DNA of 64,000 nucleotides from Patellaria atrata CBS 101060 (taxonomy: Eukaryota). Below the pieces are notes generated by a model. It saw only the letters and a program-made list of their open reading frames with translations, had not been told where the DNA came from and did no database searches. This document shows, piece by piece, positions 11,416 through 24,353 of the stretch. The stretch's first letter is position 1, and the number at the start of each line of letters is the position of its first letter. The DNA lies in assembly GCA_010093705.1 (NCBI GenBank), contig MU006089.1, forward strand, positions 3,188,061 through 3,252,060. The letters run 5' to 3'. The translations under genes were made by a program, and so were the position numbers.

Positions 11416-13639
11416 TTACTCTACCTTATTACTCATCGTCTTATCCACCGTCCCGCCGCCAGTTCTGCTCGCCGCACCACTCCCACTCTCACTCCTCTCC
11501 TCTCCCCCTTTCTCTCCCTGACTCCCCGAGACAAATCCATTGGGAACCCCGTTCCCGTCCATCCTGGACTCCTCGTCCCTCTTCCGATCTAGTTCAATAT
11601 CGGGCGCCGGCGCAAACTTACTCCTCGCCCTAATCTTCTTCCCGTAAAGATAAAACACCACTGGCATCGGGATCAGCACGGCGGCTATACATCCCAAAAC
11701 CGTCGCAGCCCACTGGATGCCCATCCCGTTAAACATGTACGTTGCGAAAAGCGGGAACACGCCACCGAAAATGGAGCGCATGAACGTGTTTGCCGCGATA
11801 GCCGAAGCAGCGAACATGAGATACGCATCGACGATGTAGTTGAGCAGACTCAGGAAAATGGTGAAGATACCGAAGCCGGTGAAGAGGCCTGAGAGGACCG
11901 GGACGATCCAGTGGACGCTCCCGCTATACCCCGTCCAGCCAAACCAGAACAGGCCTACGGCGAAAAGAACACTGCCGACCATGCTGATGGGTAACCGCCA
12001 TTCAGGAACAGGAACGTTGTTGTTCGTTGCGAGCTTTTTTGTATAGCGCGGGTTATCGATGACGATGATGACGAAGGCAATCATTTCGCCGATGATCATA
12101 CCGAAGTATGGGAGGCCGGCTACGCCTTCGTTCCATCCATATACGCCTTGGAAGACGAGGCCGTAAGCTGTGAGGAAGAGGTAGAGGATGCCGTAGATGA
12201 AGGACATGTAGATTGTGATTAGTAGTACGATCGGTTCTGTGAATAGTATGCGCATGGGACGGGAAACGTTTTTGACAATAAGTTCTTGAAAATCGACTTC
12301 GATTTCTTCCTGTTTAGCATGGATACCCCAGTTTTTAGTACGCCGACGGAGTTCACTAGCCTTGGAGACCAAGACGACAGGTGGATAAGTTTCTTTCATA
12401 AATATAAGCAGCAAAATGAAGGCCGTGAAAGCCATGATAGCCGAGATGTACTCGGTCCACCTCCAGCCAAGATATGATATCGTAATAAAACCGCCTGGAA
12501 ATGTTAGTTAATGCTACCATCGGTCACAAGAAAGGCCACTCTTACCTATGAAAGGTGCAAGTAACGGGCCCATGAAGACTGTACACGAGAACACCGCTAC
12601 AGCGAGACCTCTCTGTGCATTGCTAAACATGTCGGCGAAGACGGCCGCAACGCAGGCCAAAGGACAAGATCCAAAGACACCGCCAAAGAAACGTGTGATC
12701 ATAATTGTCTGAAGATCTTTAGCTACGGCGGTGGATATTGAGAAGATAGCAAACCCAAACGCTCCAATGATGAGTGGGATACGACGACCGTATAATTCCG
12801 ACATAGGTGCCCTTATGATTCAGTGTCAGTAGCGATCTTAAGAGGCGAGGAATAGCTTATAGTTACATTAAAAAATGTCTCGCAATTAAAGTGAAAATTG
12901 TTACCGCTTGGAAGGACTCACCAAAATAATGGGCCAAAGGCATAACCAAAAACAAAGAGTGATATACCAAGTGTTCCTACTTCCTGAATCACACCAAATT
13001 GCATAGACACAGCTCCAATAGCGGGAGAAAATATACTGGACCCCATAGTAGCAGCTATAGCATCGAACGCTAGAATAGCCCCAATGAATAGTCTATGACG
13101 ATATGTTAGTGCTTTTATATGGCTGAAGGTTTTGATATAACGTACTTTCTCTTCATCGGCCAGTTTTGTGCATGTAAGGGGTCATCAGGCCCGTCAAATT
13201 CTACCACATATTCTTCTCTTTCCGGTAATAGGGGAGGATATGGTTTTCCAGCGCCAAAGTTTGGCAATGGCCTCTCCCTTCGCGATGTGGTCCGTCTAGT
13301 GATAGTCTGCCCAACAGTGCCTTGATGTTGACTTCGTTGTGTCTCAATTCGCTCCAGAGCAACTGGATGTGTCTCAGTAGGATGCCGCGAGAGTGTAGAG
13401 GAGAGTGTGTTTCCTCTTGACCTTAGAGATACGGTTGGCATGCGACCAAGGGACATAGAAGCGTTTGAGGACGATGACGAGGATGACGAGGAGACTGAAG
13501 CCACTTCTTCATGCTCTTCTTCGCGGCGATGTCTTTCTTCATATTCTCGTCTTAATCGCTCTTGGGCGTCCCATTGGTGATATCGTTCTGGTTCCGCTCG
13601 TGCTTCATTTCTGAGCACTTCGTAGTCTTCCTCATCCAT
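11416..13639 (-). CDS. MFS drug:H+ antiporter (DHA1 family, Tpo1/Flr1-like)
   Basis: VEFDGPDDPLHAQNWP, PMSELYGRR, ETYPPV, PEWRLP and YIVDAY..AASAIAANTFMRS motifs; multiple TM segments; 3 introns. Confidence 0.92.
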
Positions 13640-14197
13640 GATTAGTTGCTAGATAGCAATTCGTTCTTTGAGTGATATGGAGTCTCTTTCGAGGGCTTTT
13701 CTTGTATATAGATTATGTTTAAACTTATATTACAAAGAATTTGGCAAAGGAGAAGAGGGAAGTGTTTATGTATAATTTGTAAATAGAGGAGAACTCGAAG
13801 AAGCTCCCCCCACTGTCGGTTAATTATTTGCCGTCACTAAGCCGCGCGAAACTTTTCACTGAGTTGCAATGACCTCATGTGAAAACAGGCTACGATTAGC
13901 GGCAAGAGCATAAGATGACCGATGTAACAACGACAAAAGACCGAATGAAAGTTCTTTCAATAGCGGATTCTCCGATCCCATCAACGAATCAACCGTCAGA
14001 TAATAGAGCCTTTAACTTATGCCGAGTCGATTACTAACACAGCTAAGGAATGCATACAATTTACGCGACAGCATCATAAGCAACATGCAGCAACATGTAC
14101 AGGAGGCTACTTGTATTGGTATGAATCTGTACTCGAGCATAGCATTATTAGCGAAGAATTTAAACTCCTCAATATTTGACAGTTTTCTGATCTATTC

Positions 14198-15488
14198 TTA
14201 TTCATGGACTGGATTACTGATGATCCAATGAATCAAATCCCTGGCCGCAATTGCATCTTCAAGGCTATCATGGCCTTCTCTCCCACGCGTTTGGATATCT
14301 CTATCAAGGCGTGTTTTTACAAGGGTTTTAAGGGAGAGGCTCCCGGCACCCTTTTTCCTATTCTTCTGCTTTTTTCCCACATTCTCATTCCCATTTTTAT
14401 CAGGGACTCTTTCGGACATGCGAACAACAGACGTTCCTCCACTCTTATCCTTCCCGGGTAGCGAATTTTCCTCGGAATTTGCCACCTTGCCTTGTCCTTC
14501 ACTCACAATCTCCGCTTCAACTTGCTTCTTATCTCCATTCGCTGCCTCTCTCCTCTTCTTAGTGTTAGACTCAGTCACAAATGAATCTACTATACGCCCA
14601 TGGATCCATCTCAGCGCGCGCAAATCGCCCGAAGCTCCGTGTCCAACAACCACCGTCTCCGGTCCGACGAAGGTCCATAAAGCCCTTCGCGCTCCTGCCT
14701 TGCCATTCAAACAACTCCCTTCCCTCTTTGCCTTCCGTACGTCTGCCCATGACACACCAGAGAATCGGGTGTTGAGATGTTGCATAGGTACATCCGGCTG
14801 AACGATATTGTCCACGAGCACCGCTCCTGAGAAATAGTCGATCAACGTGACTCGTATAAGTTCCCGGTCTCCAGATACTGCTGTACCCATCTCACAATCA
14901 AGGGCCACAGCAGCGCGAATGTCGTTCCCTTTCAGTAACGCATCGGGTGTGGGATGGAATTGATGTTGCTCAGCGAGTTCGCCAGGCCCGTATGAACGCG
15001 GAATATGCACGTCTGAACCACCACAAGGGTTGGCTGTGACGTGTTGAGAGCAACAACTCCAGTGCTATACACCAGTAAGTATGAACAAATACAGCTGCAT
15101 GCGATTAGAGATTGCTCATAATACCTTCCGAACAACTTGGCCGGGATGATATTTGCATCTGAAAGCAGGCACTTGTACGGTCTTATCAGCTACATCTGTG
15201 GGGTGGATTTGATCAGAAAGATTAGTGTTACTAGGAGTAAGTTGAGATATTGCTATAGCGCGTTAGCTTTAATTACAGCTCTCGGACTAGGAATCAGTTA
15301 CTCTTGTTACATCCGAGACAACGTCTTTTGGAAAGAAGCTGCTCATCTGTCAAAGGCCGGATGATGTAGCCATGGCTTCGCAAGACATCTTCAGGTTCGA
15401 TGAGGTTTCGCAATTCGACAAGATAAGCTTCTGATTGCGTGATGATAGCCATCGGTTCAGATTCACTAAGGGGCCCAGGAATAACCAT
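14198..15488 (-). CDS. DEDDh RNA exonuclease (Rex3-like) with N-terminal Cys/His motif
   Basis: CKYHPG..HWSCC in the spliced N-terminus; VALDCEM, TRFSGV, VVGHG..DL, LSLKTL and GHDSLEDA motifs. Start may be 15452 or 15488. Confidence 0.85.
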
Positions 15489-16553
15489 AGGACATCGCAC
15501 GGAAGATAGTACCTTAAAGTGGAATCTTATATCTATTGATGTTGGGGGGTGGCCATCGGTTTGATCCTGAGGAACTATGCACAAACCCACTGTTCCACAG
15601 CCTCGTCTGTTTGTCGATCAGCCAACTGCATCAGATGTTTGGAATATATGAAGCATGCTGCCGTTGTAGAGGGAAGCTACGACGATGAGCATGATGTACA
15701 TACCGTAACTTGAATTCGTATGCGACCATGCGTACGGAAGAATCCATCTTTGGGCGAAAAAATGCAATGCAGTTTTCAATAAATAAATCTGCTACCGGAC
15801 GTATGGCTTACATGTAGGATTGACTTCGCCGTGGGCTGTCATACTATATCATCTAGTTAGAATGGATGCCTTTGGTTGAAGTTCTTCAGAATTGCACTAC
15901 CGTATCATCTGAGTTTATATTCCTCGCGCTTCTGCAAGACTAATGAGCATTAGTCCTGCATAAGTATAAGGAATTTAGACTCAGAAGATACAGTACTGGA
16001 GAATCCCTACTAAGACCAAACATGCCAAATAAGCGAGAGTAGTAGAAGCGTACGTACTTGATAGGATCACTTTATATCGTCTCTGAAAGCCATAGACCGC
16101 ATAGTGGAGAAACTCAATGAAGATGTAGTATGTGCTCAGAGAATGGACTTGATGAAACGAAACGGATCAGGTGAGTGGGTATAAGGGCATTGGAAGGCCA
16201 TGGAAGTTTTGCCTTAAGCACATATTCACAGGCTAATAAGATGTCGTTACACGAGAGACAGGTACCGTACGACTGGACAGGTTCAAATCGTGATTAACTA
16301 CTCTATACTACAACCCCCATTAATCTACCACCCAATTTACAAAATTTGAGCTTTTACACTTAAAGGTAAAAGACTGTTGACCCCACCGATGCTTGCCGTG
16401 AGATGCTTGAAATTAAGAGCCCGTTGCTTCGTCATAGGCCCGTTGCCCAAGGCCTAGTATATCAAGAAGGAAGATAATAAACACATCACTCAACCCGTAG
16501 GCGAGGACACGAAAGAATACTAAAGATATACAGGGGAGAAATTAAAATGGGAT

Positions 16554-17745
16554 TTAGAAGAGAGCCAAGACCGCAAGGACGGCACCGACGAAAGCGCCAA
16601 CGGGTTGCTTATTGACTGGGGCAGCACCTTCGAATGGGGGAGGGGTGAAGACAGGTGGGGTCTCCACTGGGATAGTAACAACCGGAGTTGTTTCCACTGG
16701 GATAGTGATAACCGGAGTTGATTCCACTGGAATGGTAACAACCGGAGTCGTCTCAGGTGGGGGTGGAACGACCTCAGTAGTAGTCTCAGGTGGGGGAGGG
16801 ACGACCTCAGTAGTAGTCTCAGGTGGGGGAGGGACGACCTCAGTAGTAGTCTCAGGTGGGGGNNNNNNNNNNNNNNNNNNNNNNNNNNNNNNNNNNNNNN
16901 NNNNNNNNNNNNNNNNNNNNNNNNNNNNNNNNNNNNNNNNNNNNNNNNNNNNNNNNNNNNNNNNNNNNNNNNNNNNNNNNNNNNNNNNNNNNNNNNNNNN
17001 NNNNNNNNNNNNNNNNNNNNNNNNNNNNNNNNNNNNNNNNNNNNNNNNNNNNNNNNNNNNNNNNNNNNNNNNNNNNNNNNNNNNNNNNNNNNNNNNNNNN
17101 NNNNNNNNNNNNNNNNNNNNNNNNNNNNNNNNNNNNNNNNNNNNNNNNNNNNNNNNNNNNNNNNNNNNNNNNNNNNNNNNNNNNNNNNNNNNNNNNNNNN
17201 NNNNNNNNNNNNNNNNNNNNNNNNNNNNNNNNNNNNNNNNNNNNNNNNNNNNNNNNNNNNNNNNNNNNNNNNNNNNNNNNNNNNNNNNNNNNNNNNNNNN
17301 NNNNNNNNNNNNNNNNNNNNNNNNNNNNNNNNNNNNNNNNNNNNNNNNNNNNNNNNNNNNNNNNNNNNNNNNNNNNNNNNNNNNNNNNNNNNNNNNNNNN
17401 NNNNNNNNNNNNNNNNNNNNNNNNNNNNNNNNNNNNNNNNNNNNNNNNNNNNNNNNNNNNNNNNNNNNNNNNNNNNNNNNNNNNNNNNNNNNNNNNNNNN
17501 NNNNNNNNNNNNNNNNNNNNNNNNNNNGTCTCCGTTGGTAGAGTCTCGGTTGGGACAGTCTCGGTAGGAGGATACGGCTCATATGGGGTCTCCGTTGGGA
17601 GAGTCTCTGTAGGAGGATATGGCTCATACGGCGTCTCCGTGACAGTTGGTGTTGGAGTAGGTTCGTAATCATCAATGGGGGTCAACACCACCCCACCGAC
17701 AACATTGCTAGCCAAAGCTAGGGCGACGATTGATCGTTTCAACAT
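16554..17745 (-). CDS. Secreted GPI-anchored Pro/Thr/Glu/Val-rich cell-wall protein (spans assembly gap)
   Basis: Signal peptide MLKRSIVALALASNVVG; tandem repeats; C-terminal FEGAA..VGAFVGAVLAVLALF GPI signal. Confidence 0.85.
16650..17645 (-). repeat. Coding minisatellites: 30-bp (ETTPVVTIPV), 33-bp (ETTTEVVPPPP) and ETPYEPYPPTETLPT units
   Basis: Near-identical tandem units visible on both sides of the N gap. Confidence 0.9.
16863..17527. other. Assembly gap (665 N) inside a tandem repeat
   Basis: Run of N. Confidence 1.
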
Positions 17746-20559
17746 AGCGAATGATGTTAAAAATTGGATGTACTGTACAGTGGACGATAAACGATAGACG
17801 TTGGTTGTTGATATAACGAAGGAGGCAGAGTAACCTTAGCGAGCGAGTTACACTGTATGAGGAGGCAGGACTGTGAACCTTGGAGGAGGTTGGAATTGAT
17901 GCAGACTTGCGTGAAGAGGAAACTGTCTTCATGGGGGAGCAGCCTCCTCTATTAAAGATCTGGGGACACGAGCCATCAGCCAAAACCCCGTATCAACATG
18001 ACAAGAGCAAGCTACCATGAATCATGCATGGTTGGTGAGCGAAAGCAAGCGGGTGCATGAACAAGGAGAACTTTTACTGGCCGTGACGTGATTGCCATGT
18101 TTCTTTGGATTTCCATGGAGGGTCTAAGGCAATCAAAGCCTAGGCTATCCCTGAATGAGATTGCCGGCAACGTGAGAAAATCAGAAAGGAACAAGTAGCT
18201 TTACAGAAGTGGGCGAAATGGAGGCATCCCCTAGACAATTTTGGTGATCAGTCACCGACTCAAGCGGCTTGTCTTTGATCCTGTTAATCGTGTAGTTCGT
18301 ACTCCGTATTCTAGTCCAAGCGCCCCGGAAGGGTAGGCGAACGGCAGGGGCAGAGAAACGGTTAGGCGGCATCCAGCCACTCAAGACAAGAAAGGCACAG
18401 ATCTTGAGCTGTCTCTGCATAAAATCCCAACCCTTAAAAGCAGGTACATGACTTTACCTCGGCCACTCGTAACTTGACAACTAACCACATATGCTCAGTC
18501 ATCAGCGTTAGCAGCCGAGCTAGTATGACCTGTAGTCTTGTGTAAAGGGACTATGAAGATCACTGCTCGTTCGATCAACGGAAACGTGAAGCGATATAGA
18601 AGGTGTTAACAAAACCTACCGTCGTACGTAAGGTAACGAAGAGCCGTGGATATGGCACAACCTCAAACAAGCGGCGTCATAGCCACACGGGGTAGGCTCC
18701 CACCAGCCATCCTTGGACATCGATGCCAGTGAAATGATGAAATGATACCATGAGGCCCCGATGCCATGAACCAGAGAGGTGGACGACTAGTCAGCTTTGA
18801 GAATATTGATTGTTTAGCTTGTTGTTCCCTGGGCGTAGGGCGGCAAGGGTTTTGGATGTGATGGGTCGGATGGTTGGAGATACCAGTTAGCCTGCACTAA
18901 CCCCCTGCATTATTATTTTCTCTCTAGCTTGTGTTTTCTAGCGAAAAAGAAATGATAAGACGATAACTGGATCTTCAGCCACCCAAGAATAGTAATGCAT
19001 CCCGCAATTGGGATCGTCTTGAACTCGAAACGAGCCGTCAATTCTGCTTTCCGAGGACTAAATATCAAAGATGGATTTCCTTACTCGTAGACGAAATGCC
19101 ATAAGGGAAGATTTTGAAAGTGGGTTAATTCAGGGGCAGTTAAATTTCGGCTCATAATTGTGCGACTTATGGTAATATCTCATCTCATATTAAATGTTGA
19201 CACAAGGAAAAGTCCAGAGTTACCATACGTCAGACCACTCAACAACGGCAATACGGGACCTTTACTAGCCTTAAGTCACGCACCGTCGTAAAGCGGTTGG
19301 CTTTGGGCTTCGCTGGTGGCCGAAAAACTGCCACGGCGCGAAGGTGCAGGGGAATTTATCGAATTTCATGGGGATTGTGCAGGAGGGCAAAGAGTACTCC
19401 GTTCTTGTAAGACGATCCTCACACTAACGTTGAGATGCGGTTGGCTGGGCGATTCGAATGGCTAGGAATTTTTCTCCAGGACTCCAAGCATTTCCAAATT
19501 CCAAGGAAAAAGGCCAGGAAAGCGAGAGAGAAAAACGCCGCATCTTGTGAAGATGCGCTCACCTAGTTTAAAAGTCCTTTGGATCCCAGTTCCAAATCCC
19601 AATATAGACGGAAGTAGCCGTCATCAGTGATCAGTTATCGATAATCGATAAGTTATCGTATGAATCCTTTTGCGAGATTTGCATCATTATTGCGTTTGCT
19701 TTTTGTTCGCATTTCTTGTGGTTCGTAAATCGTGAGAAATTCGTGTCGATAGTATCTTCTCTAGTTGCCAACCGGCTTCGTACCGGACCCTCCACGGTTT
19801 CGCTGTTCCTGCATAAGTTATGTTACAAGTACTCCTGGTACATAATAGTGAGAGGGACTTGCACAGCAGTAAGAAGTAACACGACAGCACACTCCCCGCA
19901 CGATTTCAGCCAAAGAAACGTCCGGACTGTCTCTATGTGCCGGCCCTGCAGGGCGGGAATATCGAAAGTGCTGACTTGCAGTGTGTGCCTGCGTACAAGT
20001 ACTTGTGCGTACAGAGAAGGATGGAAGGATGGAAGGATGAAGCGGTGTGTGGTGTTTGGATGGTGACTTGTTCGTGAGCGTTAGGCAACGTTGAACGTTC
20101 GCCGTCCGCCCCGGCTCCGCTCCGGTTATCCCTTTTAGTACAAGTAAGGAAAGCAGAACTCTCGATGCCAAAATACTAGTTCTACCGCATACAAGTAAAA
20201 GAAATCAGACTCGAAATCGGGAACACCACGGGACGTATCACCAATATCACCTGAATAATCTTTTTCATCCCGTTTTGCAAACGTAATTTTGAGCGCCGGC
20301 GGCATTCGGTCACTCTTGTCTTCTCATATAATAATACTTTGTATGGAGTACTGTAGTGAGTAAGTCAACGAGACCATCATTTTTCATACTGGTAATACAG
20401 TACACAGTGATAAACTGTTCAATAGCATCAACCATTCCACTAGTATCACGGTTCTCGCAATTTACACATTTGTAGGCGCTACAATATAGCCGCTCTCTTA
20501 CGCGCCTAATCTCCATTAACCATTCTCCCACGTGCGCGGCTAGAGCTACAAGACGTGTT

Positions 20560-21750
20560 CTCCCTTAGGATCACAATTTCGTCTATTTCATTGAATCATC
20601 AAATCTTCTTAATGCCCCTCCAATACAATATGTTCTGAGATAGGGGCCAACAATTTCCCTACGACTATTGAACGTTTCTTCGCTTGGATATTTACCGCGA
20701 TCTTTTGAGACTCGTTCGAGATTTGACATCGACCGAAAGTTACCCCTTAACTATCTGACCCCTAATTAGAACTTGTCATACTAGCGAAACTCAATGTCCC
20801 ATGGATATACTCGATACGCTTCGTGTATAGCTTCTGCGCTAGAAACCGTCTTCAGCTCACAGTTAATGCGCCACTTTGATGTTTCTCCATAATTTTTAAT
20901 TATCTATTACTTCCATCCTGCTCTTCAGGGGTTTCACCTGATTGTCATTTCAACACTATCTCAAGTCTCTCCGCGACGTCAGGTCTTTCAACAACTTCAA
21001 TCTGTTGTAGAGTTCAGGCTTGCTATAAATGTAATTATATTCTCAATTCCTACGTCTCCCTCCATACAATGTCGCGGTGATGTACCACGCCGGCTGCTCC
21101 AAACTCTTCATAATACTAAATCGATCCACGATGCTATGTAATTTCACTCGTCCTCGGATTTCGTCACAAAAATACAATATCGAGCTCCTATACACTTTGA
21201 CATGCCGTTAAATTTCATGTTACTTTAGACTCCATTGATTGTCTATAATGCTCGGTTCCTGAATACTCTCATTATCATACGATTCTCCTATAGTGTGCAA
21301 TATCCTGTAGCTGTCCAGTCTCACACCAGGCCGGAACCTAAGGATTCTTTGAAATCGGCTGAGCCATACGATTCCATCACTTTATACAAATTCGAACTTC
21401 TATTACTTCAGCATGCCGTATGATCTCGCATTTACTATTCTTTCCGATGCCTTTCTTAGAAGGTTCAAATCATTGATCAATATCATGTTTCTGTCCGATT
21501 TCACGCTCCTGCAATCGTACTGATTTACCTCGCCACAAAATCGATTCCAAGGTATTCTCAAACCAATGAATCTCTATAATTTCACGCTTTTATAAAGTGC
21601 TAGGGAATCTGATATTATCATATGTTGTTCCTCGTCCGTACCGTCAACACCCCCAAATGCAATCGATATCCCCCGTTTAATCGACCTCCCCCTTGACAAT
21701 CGTCCTATCCATATAATCTTCCCCAACCATATAATTTCACGTATACCTCA
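20560..21750 (+). repeat. Highly degenerate 18-bp-period array (decayed hexapeptide-repeat coding relic, consensus about x-Y-N-F-T-L)
   Basis: Examples: ccatataatcttccccaa|ccatataatttcacgtat (21709-21744), ccatacgattccatcact|ttatacaaattcgaactt (21364-21399), aaatacaatatcgagctc|ctatacactttgacatgc. Confidence 0.5.
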
Positions 21751-23238
21751 TTCTTCTCGCATACTCCCTAGACAAACAAGGAGCCTCCATGAGATAGGCC
21801 AGCTGTTGTAAGCAAAGCGGCTGCAGAACTCACCGGTAGTAACAGTTCAGTATCTGACCGTGCACCTTAAAGAAGTTTTCATAATGGCAGTTCACTTAGC
21901 ACCGGAGGGTGGTTCATTTCCAGTTCAGATCCCGAAGCACAATCACTCTTCTCGGTAGTAACAGCTATCACAGAGTAAGAACGAGTGACCTTGCGTGCTT
22001 GCCCCCAATGTCACGCGATATCCACCTTATGGTTTGGCACGTTTTAATCGTTTGTTCATTTGACATCACCTCTCTTTCGCTCAACCCGCAATTCGGCCCC
22101 TCAACCTCACATACAATCTTAACAACCCCTATTTCCAAGAAGCCCGCGTGGTACAGAGGTCGAACTGCCCGATCGCGGCTTCTCTTGGTTGGGAGAAAAT
22201 GGGTTTTGTGTGGCGGTTTTGCGCCATGAAGGTTTACAGGTTCTTTGAAGTGCGGTAGGTCAAGCAGGTATCAGTTCCATCAAGCCCTTAATCAGAAGTC
22301 ATGCACATAATCTTATCCCAATTACAATTCCATACCTCATATTTCCTCCATCGCTCCTTATATCCTCAACTCCCTCTGTTCCAAAAGATGTCGAAGCTGA
22401 ACCTGGCCCGCATATTCCCAAACCCATCGAACCTACAGCAAAGGAATGAACGGCCACAGATCACAAACCCTCCCTTCGCTTCAAAAAGACTCCGGCAAGA
22501 AATTCAGAGACCACCCTACCCAACGGTCTTTATTGCGAAATACGGCTATCTACACCAACGCACGAGAGTCAAACCAAGGAGCGACAGCGGTCTCAAAACC
22601 ACGAACACGGTACTGGTATCGAAGCTCGCAACCGGGCCAGCTCTGTCGACGATGGGGAAGATCTGGTGTTCAGTCAGTTCTATCTGCCGTAGGTCCCTTG
22701 ATTCTTTTTGCTTGCTACTCTGTTCCAAGGTCCTTCATAAAGCCACTCGGCTTGTTTTTGGGTACTGTCTTCAGAACTTTCTAAGGACTCTTACTTCACA
22801 TGATTTCTGATGGATAACTTCAGGGATTGGTAAATGAGCTTGGGATTCTTCCCCAGGACGGAGGGAGTGGTATAGTATGGATACCACGGTTGAGTAGTCA
22901 TGCGATATATCTATCATGTTAACCTAGGATAACCCTTCCCCCCTACTCCGAAAGCCATTCGATCATCCAAACATTTACTCCTGAACAATGCTCATTATAT
23001 CCCTTTTAATATGTACCTCATATCGGACTCCATCAAACTCCAACCCAGCAATCCCTACGATGCACAAAACAACAAACAGTGTTTCGACAATGAGTGAAAG
23101 CCCTACTTCCAAAAGCTCTTTCGCTTATATAAGAAGCACAACTCTCCATACTCAAAATACCAGTCCCATCACACTTGTTCTCTCTCGAAACTCCCAGAGG
23201 ACCGTTCTCTGAGATCCTTACACTGGAAGATCGCTTGT

Positions 23239-24353
23239 CTACTTCTCCGCGCCAACAGGAACCGGAATCATGCTCTCAAACTTCTCCTTCAGCGATGTCA
23301 TAGAACTGGGAATCGGAGACGCCACCGGTTCCGACGGAGTAGAGGGTCGATCGTGCGGTGTCTTATCGCCATCTCCCACACAGCTCTCCTCTTGCGCGGC
23401 AAGAGCAGGAGAAGCAGCCGACACTACATCCTCCTCTTCTCCATCAGGCGCGACATGCTTCCTCCTCACCGGCAACTCCGCCTGCGCAAACCTCGCAAAA
23501 GGGCACGCACTCCTCGCCTCCTCCAATTCCATCCGATCCACCTCCCCCTCAATCTCGCCTTCCCCAACAATCTTCCTCCCCCCGATGAACCCCTCCTTCT
23601 CTTTCTCGGGGAGTACGGCATCGTCGCTAAACTCCTCCCCGTCCCTAACATACCACTTCGCGAACAGGTCGTTCTGGATCCAAATCACCTTCCCGAGGGC
23701 CTTCGTTATCGCAATCTTGCGCCCAATAGCGAGTTTAGGATGCGAGAGGATGGCCTCATTCAGCACGTCCTGGATGAGCCCGAGCGTGGCGCTGATGTGC
23801 ACGTATTCGATGTGGAGCGGTGCCGAGCGGCCGAGGCCGGTGTGCATCATGCCCACCTTGTCCGCATACTCCCAGAACGCCTTGCTGCCAGGGTCTTTGC
23901 AGAGCGCGTTCAGATAGCCCCGCAGGAACACCTTTCGATGTAAGATTTGCGGCGCCTCTTCGTCGAGTTGCTGCTTTATCGGTCCTTCATAAGACGTGCT
24001 TCTTGTAGAGAAGGCGCGGGCGGTGATGTCGTATTGGAGCAGCTTGCGGTAGATGATGTTGACGAGCGCGGGGATGAAGGTGCGGAGATATTTGGAACCG
24101 GATTCGAGTGCAGCCATGTCGTCTGGAAGGGTGTCAGTCAGGACTGGACGATAGGAGGCTGTTTGAGGGGTAGAGAGGGATGATGGGAGGTTCTTTCGGG
24201 ACATAGAGTGATACAGATGGTAGTTAGAGAAAGGGAAGCCTTACCAGGACCGAAATCCAAAAAAGACTGCAGGTATTCGAGTCTTTTTTCCAGGCTTGTG
24301 TACAATTCTTTGCGGTCGATATGATGCATCGGAGCTCGGGATGCGTTGAACAT
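23239..24353 (-). CDS. Fungal protoglobin / globin-sensor domain protein
   Basis: DRKELYTSLEKRLEYLQSFLDFG, intron, then YRKLLQYDITARAF, YADKVGMMHTG, LHIEYVHI and KVIWIQNDLFAKWY. Confidence 0.88.

Noticed and set aside
20017..20040. (GAAGGATG)x3, similar to short repeats at 49101 (GAGGGTTT) and 61446 (GCTCGATAA)
   Set aside because: Ordinary short slippage repeats.
22301..22810. Overlapping 169-aa and 112-aa + strand ORFs
   Set aside because: No recognisable domain or consistent splice structure; cannot be supported as a gene.
17746..23238. Possible telomerase RNA or other large ncRNA in the long intergenic region
   Set aside because: No TAACCCTAA-type template and no tRNA, snRNA or RNase P/MRP motifs found by eye; a covariance-model search would be needed.
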